Part shown: piece after piece, positions 14,259 through 24,668 of the stretch | Position numbering within the stretch: the stretch's first letter is position 1 | Layout: the number at the start of each line of letters is the position of its first letter | Made by a program: the position numbers and the translations under genes | Assembly (NCBI GenBank): GCA_904063045.1 | Contig: CAJFCJ010000019.1 | Coordinates: 2,672,684 to 2,736,683 of the forward strand | Direction: 5' to 3' | DNA: 64,000 bases | From: Dimorphilus gyrociliatus | Lineage: Eukaryota > Animalia > Annelida | Notes under the pieces: generated by a model | What the model saw: only the letters and a program-made list of their open reading frames with translations | What the model was told of the DNA's origin: nothing | Database searches by the model: none

Positions 14259-14274
14259 ACACTAGATGGCAGCA
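14259..14274 (+). promoter_or_regulatory. CTCF-like motif upstream of troponin C
   Basis: ACACTAGATGGCAGCA; a second, reverse-oriented core (AACGCCATCTATT) lies at 14388-14400. Confidence 0.55.
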
Positions 14275-14537
14275 TTATGTTATCATTAGATTTCTATGTG
14301 TTATTTCTCTTCTCTTTATAGTTTAATTTTTTTTTCTTGAAATATTTTACAGATCCTATCGTTTTATAATAGCCAGAATAGTTGTATAACGCCATCTATT
14401 AAAAGAAATGTCGAATTTTTAGTTGTTTAATAGGCATATAAACTCGAAAATACACCTAGACAGAAATAGAACAAGCATTACTACCTCCCCAGCTTCGGTT
14501 CTGTTTAGAAGAAACTAGTTTTTGATTACAAGATAAA

Positions 14538-16028
14538 ATGGTAAAAAATCATAAATTTTTCATCTAATATCTAGATGAAATTATTAAAACTTTATACTCT
14601 ATTTTTAGACTGAAATAAAGCTGACGGATGCTCAGCTAAAAGGTTCGTTTAGAGAATTGGTATAATTTTACATTTTATGGATAGCATATGTGTAATCTTA
14701 TGTCAGAGTTACCAAAATGCCATTAAAAATGGTATCAAATTTATGAAAATTTCTTTAACAAATTTAATAATACATAGTTTGATTATAGCTAAGTGTTTTT
14801 CAGAGAAATTAGGATAAGGTAGTTTGTATTAACTTACACCATTCAACAGGCTGTCAAGAAGCCTTCCTTCAACATGATAAAAGAGATCAAAAGAAGATTA
14901 AAACTGGAGACATTAGTTCTGCTATGAAAGATCTTGGTCATAGTATAAAATCTGATTGGTTAGAAAAATTCGAAGATGAAATTGATACGGAAGGGACTGG
15001 TTTCATCGAATTTGAAGAATTTTGTGATATTGTTAAAAGGAAGATGCAAGAAGAAGAAGATGAGAGAGAACTGAAAGAAATATTTAGAGTCTTAGATAAA
15101 GAAAAAAAGGGAGAGGTATATTTTCTTGAGAGTTACTTAATCAGCTGTTTTATTTCTTTTTTTTATACATATATATATTATTCTTGTACTCTTACAAATG
15201 AAGTATAAATATTTTATGCAGGTGGATGTCAATGAACTACGTTGGATTCTGAAATCGCTTGGAGATGATTTAACAGAAGAAGATATTGACGATATGATTG
15301 CTGATGTTGATACTGATGGATCCGGTTGGGTTGATTACGAGGGTAATACAAATAGTATATATAAATAACAATATGCTTAGAGTATGCCTGTACCAACTTT
15401 TCGTTTTGTTTTTTTTTCCTAAAAAACTCGACTAACAACCGTCTGGCTTATTTTTTTGGCTAAAATTTTCTTTTATTCTATCCTTCATAAAATAAGCGTA
15501 TGATGAATTATTTAAAAGGTACTTTATCAGTCCATTTTATGTAGGTTACCTAAACTTTTGGCTAAGCATAAGAGTTGCTAAAATAAATCGAATTTGTACC
15601 GCCATAAAGTAGTATGACTCTACGCAAGATTAGGTTCGCCTCATGTGTTTGCCCTGCGCCTGCCCAATCAACCCCGACCTTGAATAACAGATCCCATCTT
15701 TTCTTTTAAAGCAACCACTTCTTTCCTCAGCGGATTTATTTTCAAAATAGAGTATATTTCTTTTATAAATCTCAACAGAGCTTCAAGAAATATGAGATAA
15801 ATCAGTTTTTTTTTTATTCATGAGATTCTCCCACACCTTAACACATAAAAAAAATGGCACATGTTCTGTATATATAAAGTCTCATTTGCACAAACATATA
15901 TATATATATATATATAGAGAATATGTACTATTTATAAATAGTGTAAAAATGACCGCCTTTAATATTAATTATTCTATTTCTTTTATTTCTTTCTTTCAGA
16001 ATTTGCTAAGCTCATGTTGGGCGATTGA
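14538..16028 (+). CDS. TnC: Troponin C, lophotrochozoan type (150 aa, 5 exons)
   Basis: Exons 14538-14540 (ATG only), 14609-14642, 14850-15115, 15222-15342, 16000-16028; all introns GT-AG with matching phases. Protein MTEIKLTDAQLKGCQEAFLQHDKRDQKK...FRVLDKEKKGEVDVNELRWILKSLGDDLTEEDIDDMIADVDTDGSGWVDYEEFAKLMLGD. RVLDKEKKG, LRWILKSLGD and DTDGSG.VDYEEF match bivalve-type TnC; canonical EF-hand IV. Confidence 0.9.
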
Positions 16029-16718
16029 TAAAACTTCTCAGAGCAAATTCCTCAAAAATATGCGTGCTTGTTATATATGTTTGCCTTATGCTTCTCCGAA
16101 AAAAAAAGCATGTTTGTTCACCGGTCTAAAAAAAAATGAGCGGACTCAGTTACCAGTCAAAAATAGTTTTATTTCTTTATTTTAATTATGAGTTGAATAG
16201 ATCCATAAAGAGACAACCTAATAAAATATAAAACTAAAGGGATTTTAGTGGAGAGAAGTTTCTTTGTTTCCTGATAATCTTTTTTTTTCTGAATACTTTG
16301 TTTTCTATTGAAACCACTCAACTTACCCCGAATACAACTTCCATAAATAGACAAATATATGGAATGATGACTTTCTTTAATAAAAGAATTTCAAAAAAAA
16401 AAAAAAAACACAAAATGTTTATAACGTGTCTTTCATTATTAAAATTTAGACTAAATGATTAAAGGTTAAGATGAGACGATTAAATTAGAAAAGACTAGGA
16501 AAAGGCTTTTACCAGATTATTAGTTGTAAGATTTTAAGGATGGTTATTAACAAGAATGTCAAGTTTTATTACTTGTACTTTTGTTTTCAGTGTAATATTA
16601 TAAAAAATTTATGTTTATTTTTGTATTATTTATTGAATTTTCTTTTATAATTCATGATTTTTTAATTTTATTTAATCAGTGTAAAAATAAGAAAATGTAT
16701 TTTTAGATAAAAAAATAA

Positions 16719-19700
16719 TTATGAATACTCTCCTAACCTAGCTCCTGCTCTGGAGAGAAGATCTTTTACCAAATATTGCTCTTCTTCTATAGCTATATCT
16801 AACGGTGTCTGACCCTTCCTATTGATTGTATTTACATCCACTTGTGCGTCAATCAACAACTGGCAAAGATCGACTAGGCCTAAGCCACTGGCAATATGCA
16901 AACATGTCCTACCATCCGGAGTTTGATGAGCTAAATTTGCTTTAGCTTGAATAAGAATTTTAACACAGCCGGGATTATTTTGATCAACGGCTGCCATTAA
17001 TGGAGTCATTCCATATTCGGAAACGGGATTTATATTACATCCTTTTTTAATCAAGTACCTCAGACAGGTCTTCCTACCAAATTCAGCGGCTAGATATAAA
17101 GCAGTTCTACCATCTGGTAATTTTGAATCAAAATCAACAATGTTTAAAAGAATCTCAACTACTCTCTTATGACCCCTTTGAACAGCGATATGGAGCGGCT
17201 TCCATCCACTTTCAGTAATACTTTCATAGTTTGCATTCGCCGACAACAATAATTCTACAGCAGCAGTATCACCCTGTGCTGCTGCTATAAATAACGGGCT
17301 CATACCATTCTTTAATTTACACTGCACATTGACCTTAGCAGTTATAAGGGCAGATAGAGCTTGACTGTCCCTAAGATAGCTAGATATTAAGACCGGTGTC
17401 CAACCCTCCTCATTTGCCGTCGTTGATTTTATTCGGTAATTTAAAAGTATTTTAATTAACTGAACATCTTCAGACCAACAAGCTAAATGTAATGATGTTG
17501 ATTTATCCCTCAAGAGGGCGTTAACATCGGCTCCATTTTCTAGCAACGATTTTACCGCTAAAAGATTTCTTCGTTCTACAGCGAGGTGTAGTGGCGTCCA
17601 ACCATCTTTTTTTGGCAAATTTATATCTGCGCCTAATTGTTTTAAAGCTTGTATTTCGTTAATGTTACCAGCCTTGGCAGCCATACTCATAGGTGTCCAC
17701 CCATCATTATCCCGAGCATTTAAATTAGCCCCAGCAGACTTTAAACAACCTATTAGTTCATAACCACTGTTTAAAGCGGCAAGGTGAGCTGCGGTTCTAC
17801 CGTATTTATCAACTTTATCAACCGAAGCCCCTGCCAAGACTAAATCGGACGCTACGCGAAACATTCGATTCCTGCAGGCTATATGAATAGGCGTGCAAAG
17901 ATTCTCATCCTGAGCATTGAGTGATGCTCCACTTTTTAAAAGGACATTTAACATTGAATCTTTAGCCGCCGCAAGGTGGAGAGGTGTTATACCAGAAGAA
18001 TTGGAAGCATTAACATCCGATCCCCTTTTCAATAATATCCTAGCAACGTTCTCGTGGCGATGTTGTAAGGCTACGTGAAAAGGCGTATCACCACTCGCTG
18101 TAACGCTATTAATCTGGGCCCCGGCTTCCAAAAGTAATTGGCAAGTGCTTACGTCGCCATTTTGCGAAGACATATGCAGTGGAGTCCAACCGTCCTTTGT
18201 TACCGAATTAACATCAGCCCCTCGACTTAACAGATACTCAACAATTTCCGAGTGTCCGTGCTGGGCAGATAGGAATAAAGGAGTGGCGCCATCTTCTGTC
18301 ATTCTATCCACATGTGATGTCCCATCGAGCAGCAATCGGACAATGTCGTAATGACCCTTTGAGCAGGCAATATGTACGCTCGTCCAGCCATCAATTTTAC
18401 TTAGATAAGACAGAGCGCCAGCATCCAATTGCGTCTTGCTCGAACTCCTGATTGTATAGATCGAGATGTTTCACTCACATATATCTTTTTTATAGTTACT
18501 ATAGAATAAAATATGCACCTGATGGCGTTTTGGGCCGACAAGTAAAGTCCACTTGCGCCGGACACTGTAACACTATTCAGTTTGCCCCCGTGTTTGAGAA
18601 GTATGTCGATAAGGTCGCCGCGTCCAAAATAGGCAGCTATGTGAACGGCATTCCACTGTGAAGGTCCAGCAACATCAACTGACGCTCCTATGTTATTTAG
18701 CAAATAAGCCTATTAGTCAAAGCAAGAATTTATAAGAATTCCCCTATTTATAACCTCACCTAATTCGAGTAAGGTTTTTACAGAATCAACTGTACCATTC
18801 CAGATTGCTATTTGTAGTGCAGTCCAGCCATTCTTCGATTTTAAATTCAAATCGGCCGAGTATTCGTGAAGTAATTTAATAACCTTAATTTTTCCAGGCG
18901 AACTCGATAAATATATTTACAAAAATACAGTTTAACATACTATTTAACTTTTAACTTGTGTAAACTCTCACTTCAGTTAGGAGTATCGATTCTTTTCTAT
19001 TAATATATTATATATTTTATACTAATACAGTACATATACTTTACTATCGTAAATAATATAATATACTGTTTTATCAGTGTTTAAAAAATTTACTTTTTAT
19101 AACTAAAAATAAATTAAAATAAATGTCTCCTTGATGAATTCTATTACTTATATATAGACGTATATAAACCAAATATAAACTATATATCACATATAGAATA
19201 CATTTGCTTTATGTATAAAAATGTTTGTATAGATACTAATATATTAGTATATACGGAACAGAATCTATTTCAGATGTTTATTTACAAGGTTGTAAGTTTT
19301 ATTTCTGCCTGGATAAATTAGGTAAACGATGTACAGCAGTGTGACCCTGACGACTGCTAGCGTGTATTGCTGCCCAGCCACTAAATGAAGTTTATATTGA
19401 ATTATACACTGATAGAAACGTATCGAGTCGTCGCTCACTTATGGTCAATACTATTTACGTTCGCATCAGCATTCAGAAGAGTTCGTAAGCATTGTTCGAA
19501 TCCCAAATCGGCGGCACACGTTAGAGCCGTCCATCCACCGGGACCTTTCTGCTTATTAATACAATTAGGCGGGGAGTAGCCAATTTTTTTTAGAATAACG
19601 ACAGAACGACTATAGACTATTAAGCATTATACAGATATCAAAGATGGAAAGTTAAAAAGCAAACAACATTGGAATGGTAACGAACCTAGTTAAGCGTCTC

Positions 19701-19941
19701 TCGGCAACTCAAAGTACCGAGAATGAAATGCGTATGGGACTACATACATTTCATTTATAATGTCTCTACTCTTATTTTTATATTAAATATTTAATGATTA
19801 ACAGAATAGAGCCGTTTATACCTGCGTACAAAGGTAAGCGATCTCATCCGGCTTTCTCATTAGTATTCTCTTCAAATTCCGTACGTCATTTCGTCGGATG
19901 TATTCAATTATTCTACCGATAATTTCGTACTGCGTGTCCAT
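16719..19941 (-). CDS. Ankyrin-repeat-only protein (about 765 aa, about 22 repeats, 6 exons)
   Basis: Exons 19941-19822, 19548-19439, 19380-19335, 18883-18760, 18687-18519, 18447-16719; GT-AG with consistent phases (total 2298 nt). Repeated G-W-T-P-L-H-x-A...G...V..LL..GA.VN units. The exon 3 donor (GTACAT) and exon 4 acceptor are weaker than the others. Confidence 0.88.
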
Positions 19942-21069
19942 ATCTGTTTTCTGATTAGTAGCCAAGAACAACTGCGAAAAGTTGTCAAGTATCAGAGCCT
20001 TTGCTCTTCTTATCGTATCGATACGTGTTAGGCTTAAAGTCAATAATCGATATAATCGTAGTAAATCACGACAATTTTTCTTGAAACGAACCTATTGAAA
20101 AAACGGCGGTGAATTTATTTGATCTCGGATGTAATTACTAGTTAAATAAAAGGAAAAAAAAACAAGGCCAACTATATTACAACAAATAGCAGTAGAAGCA
20201 TCCTCACACTTGAGATATGAGATATTTGGGCACAAAAAGAAAGGTTAAATTCGGCTTGTTTGACTTAAATGGGACCGTTGTAATTTTTTGCAGTTGTGCA
20301 GTGCGTGCAATGCCGTAATCAAGTTACAAAGCGAGTTGCTTTGGTGCGCATAGGTGGGTTGAATAGCGTTTTTAAGTCACTAAACATAAATCACTCATGA
20401 CAAAATCAATTTGCTCGCTAAGATTTTAGCCTCTCGTTCTTTTGAGAAAATCTCCGAATTTGTTGAGACGAGGAGAGCGCACATATACGTATATCTATAA
20501 ATTAACTTTGACGTTTGCCTCAAGCGCCAAACTGTCAGCAATGGGAATCAAGTTTGTTTTTTTGTATGTTTACAGAGGTACATATGACTTGCAGTTACAA
20601 TTTAACCTAAGTATTTTGTATTAAGAATAGAATAAAGAAGCAGAAATAAAAACCGATAACTTAAAAGACTGACAGTGTGGGGGAGGATGACGGGGGTGAA
20701 GAGGGACGACTGACTGCTAGACTACCAATGAAACGAAATGATGTACTACGGAATATTGTAGACTAGGCGTAGACAGTGGGATTCACAAACTCTGCAAAGA
20801 ACTACACTCTGATAGACAAACAAAAAGCATAGAAGCCAATATAAAAATCAGAAACGAGAAAAAGATATATGGTATTGGAATTGAAGAGAAGGAGAAAGAG
20901 AAAGGGAATGGGAGAGTATGAGAGAAAGAGAGAACAAAAGAGAATGAGACAGACAGGCAGACAGACAGAGAGTGAAAGGTTGATATTGCAGACGCGTGAA
21001 GAGAAAAAGACTGCAAAGCGCTATATTAAAAGGCTATACAGCTGCAACAGCATCCGGAGCGGGACGGGG

Positions 21070-21079
21070 GCGCATGCGC
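21070..21079. promoter_or_regulatory. NRF-1/Ewg-type palindrome in the TARP promoter
   Basis: GCGCATGCGC; opposed CCAAT/ATTGG boxes at about 21137-21147. Confidence 0.55.
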
Positions 21080-21258
21080 TTCCCCAACCCCGGATGTGAC
21101 GAAAGAGGAAATTAACATAGGGGCATCGTGCAGCCGCCAATCAATTGGTGCAAATAAGTGTGTTGCAGTAGACGGCTGGAAATGTTCTTTCCGCGCTCAT
21201 GGTGTACAAGCTGAGGAAGGTGGCATGCTGTTTGTATGGAATGCGGATGTTTGTGAAA

Positions 21259-22908
21259 ATGGGCGGCTTATGTAATAGCCGCAAATTGCTCACGTTCACG
21301 AGCAGTGTTTGTTCGTGCGTATCGTTCGCTTTCTTGTGCGTTGCAGTCGCTACAGATTATTGGCTCAGCTCTGTCGAACGCGTCACCAACCCAAATGGAA
21401 CGAAGGAGACGTTTTTAAATACAACTGCTGGTTTATGGAGAAAGTGTATGCGTGCAGGTAAAATATTTCAGGGATAGGTCCTAACAGATAGTAAAGGGTA
21501 CTTAATATGCACTAGTTAACTGCATAACACTCTATATTACATTTACACTATATATATGTAGTTTGTTCTGTGTGTTGTACATACATACAAGATAAAATCG
21601 CTTAGAAAATACATATATATATGTATATATATATATATTTATATAAATATAAGTAGTATGATAGGTAAATAAAAATATAGTAATGATTAAAGCAAATGCT
21701 ATATTTATGTAAAATTATATTGATATTCGATAATAGAACTGATGAAAAGCGTAAATGATTACATGCATATATACAGAGAAATCTGTTTATATGTATATAT
21801 ATATATATATAAACATATAAAAAGACGCAAACATAAATAAGTATAAAATCAATATATTATTGTATATATACGTTTTATTGATAATATTTGAAATAGCTTA
21901 TAGATATTACATACATATATAGTATAATATCCTACATGTCTATATATCAGTATAATAAAGGGTAAAAAATCTCTGGACATCACCAATGCAATGAGTAAAT
22001 TGGAGTGAGTATGTCTGGTAAAGTAACAGGAATGTTCAGGTTTAGTGTCGAAACTATTTAACATAAAACGTACATTTACTTTCAACAAGGAAAACTCAAT
22101 CTTATAAATTATTATATACCATGTAAATTAGTAACTTTCAAAGTGGTGATGAAAATATACGGTGCGGTGTTATCTGATCTGCAAAGCAGTATTTAAAAAC
22201 TTAAGAGCTATAGTAGCAGTTACATCTGTTAGGTAAAGATAGCAACAGTGGAGTACACTGTATACAATTTGCAATAACAGTATACTGTCGGATATTTGTA
22301 TGTATATTATATGTATGAACTTGTTTCTAAAAATCGACGATCGATAAGACTCTTTCCCCGGGTTACCCTAGAATGGGTCTGTGTGCATTTACATCTATAT
22401 TGGAATATGAAAATGAAAAGAGTGTAGAGCTGCATCGCGCGTCTATAAATTAATTAGTGTTAAAAGTAGCTCATTATTCCTCATCAGGCCTCTCTTCGGA
22501 CGTGCCGGTGCCGAGAAAGGACTGCTCTTACATTAACTACTTTGATCCCCCCGAAGACGAAGACGATATGAGTGCGACTGAAACGATTTTGCGTGAGTAA
22601 ATTTTAATTTTATGTTAGCACAGTATAGAATTTTATAATTAGAACGAATGACCACAATTTTTTGAATAATTATCATTTATATAAATAGAATTAGATTATA
22701 TAAATTAAGTACAAGGTTTTTAAAATTTTGTATTCAAATACAGATCTTAAATAATACTATGACTCATTTAAAACCATTAACATTCGGGATGAATTTGAAT
22801 ATAAACAAATAACTGCAAAAAAAAAACGATATAAATAGAAATAAATTGACATTGCATCTGTACTGCATTTATAATATATACAGTATATATAGTATATATA
22901 CATAAATG

Positions 22909-22939
<31 letters not shown>

Positions 22940-24018
22940 TAATATGTCTATATACCTAAATGAATATTCTATGAATGTACATCGTAAATATGTAGACAAG
23001 CCGTTCATTGAAAAAGTGAATGTATAGGCAATATAGTTAGAATTTTTATTAATAATTCTACTATTCTTTATATATATATATATATTAGTATATATACTTA
23101 TATCTTAACCTAATAATGTAAACAGATAATATTTTTACAAATTTAAATATTTTAATATTCATTTATTCATTTATACAAATACGTAGAATTAAATAACACG
23201 GTCAGATGAAATCTTGAATTATAAAAATGTACATGTGATTATTCAAATAGTAACCTACCATTTATAATAAAATCTTCATAGATAACACTGATTTTTTATA
23301 CTGTTTTATAAACATGAAATACTCGTTGCAGAATCGACGCGGCGTTCGGCCATCTTTCCCCTAATATCCTTGTTTATTCTACTCGTGGCAAACATCATTT
23401 GTTATCTGGGTCACTGCAATCACAGAAGACAAGTTCTCACTTTCATTTCGGGCATTCTTTTTGTGATGGGAGGTGAGCTTAAACCATTCCCAGCCCCTTT
23501 TGTTTATTGATGAGTCTAAAGTTGCCTGCTGTATGTATAAATATATATATATATATTTAGGCCTATGCACATTAATTGGAATTATCCTCTACATCGGCGC
23601 TATAACTGAAGAAGTAGGTAATTACAAGCCGAAATCAGGTCTGGAGGATCCCAAGTTCACCTACTCATATGGTCTATCTTTTGCTCTGATTGTTGGCTCG
23701 TTCGTTATGTCGGAGGCAACGGGCGTTCTCAGCGTCTACCTGTACATATCGCGAAATAGACACGCTTACAAGAAAAAGCAGGAGAGAGTTGGTATGACAG
23801 CAAACGAGCAAAGGACTCAGCGCTTCCGACGAAACAAGGGTGAAACGTCTACGACCTCTCCGTCTCATTCGGAGAGTTACTATACTTATACTCCCGTGTC
23901 CGATAACGCTCCATCAACTATGAACAGAGACGCTTCTCGGCACACTATCTCGACGACAGCAGACGTCACTTCCGGTCACCACATGGTTGATACCTTACGA
24001 CGAACGACGCCTGTATAA
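21259..24018 (+). CDS. CACNG: Stargazin/TARP-like voltage-gated Ca channel gamma subunit (claudin/PMP22 fold, 300 aa; in-frame upstream ATGs at 21199, 21241 and 21247 are possible)
   Basis: Exons 21259-21457, 22488-22592, 23332-23472, 23561-24018; phase-1 GT-AG introns. Motifs VATDYW, GLWRKC, SAIFPLIS, ISGILFVMGGLCTLIGIILYI, YSYGLSF; C-terminus RRTTPV. Confidence 0.93.
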
Positions 24019-24163
24019 ATAATGAAAAACGAAAAAAAACTGGTCCGTGAGAACTTTTCTACCGAGGAGTGCGTCTATGCGCGCCGCTTTTTAAGTGACC
24101 CCAGCCACCTAACCACCTTAGCATCGATTTTTGTATACATTTTCGCGCGTTTCCTGAAGTAAC

Positions 24164-24178
24164 GCGCCAGGTGGCGCC
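24164..24178 (+). promoter_or_regulatory. CTCF-like motif just downstream of the TARP stop codon
   Basis: GCGCCAGGTGGCGCC inside a CpG-rich patch (about 24060-24440). Confidence 0.5.
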
Positions 24179-24510
24179 GTCCAGCAATAGAGAAAAATAT
24201 TCGCGTTCCCTCCTCGTAAACGACCTGTCAGATTTGTTTGTGATGTCCGATCATCTCTAAGCATGTCATTCGGTCGCCCTTACGCGACACTTCTTTGTAT
24301 AATTTTTTTTACGCGCCCGCTTGAAGCGCGTCGGAGGATACGTAATTTGATTGTAGCGATTAGTAATTTATTTGATTGGCGGACGTTTTCGAGTTCGTCC
24401 CGCGGCTAGCCTCTAAAAACATTTTTTCGCCTGCTTAATTAAACTAACAGGATCGACGGCTATATTATTTCCTTTTTGTACCATTTTTCTGCAATATTGT
24501 CTACAACGTA

Positions 24511-24531
24511 CATAAATATATAAATATATGA

Positions 24532-24578
<47 letters not shown>

Positions 24579-24630
24579 TATATTTATGCATATAAATGTA
24601 TAAATATATATACCGTACATATATATATAT

Positions 24631-24667
<37 letters not shown>

Positions 24668-24668
24668 A
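24511..24668. repeat. Compound (TA)n-rich low-complexity tract
   Basis: Several TA runs with short interruptions; they explain the YIYIYI pseudo-ORFs in the track. Confidence 0.9.

Noticed and set aside
14599-14608. MEF2 consensus CTATTTTTAG in troponin C intron 1
   Set aside because: It coincides with the 3' splice site, and MEF2-like words are very frequent in AT-rich DNA.
15555-15566. 12-nt match to the U2 snRNA 5' region (CTTTTGGCTAAG)
   Set aside because: Flanks do not match U2 and there is no Sm site or stem-loops.
15779-15795. Alternative last exon for troponin C (ELQEI*)
   Set aside because: It would break the EF-hand IV exiting helix; the 16000-16028 exon fits the family far better.
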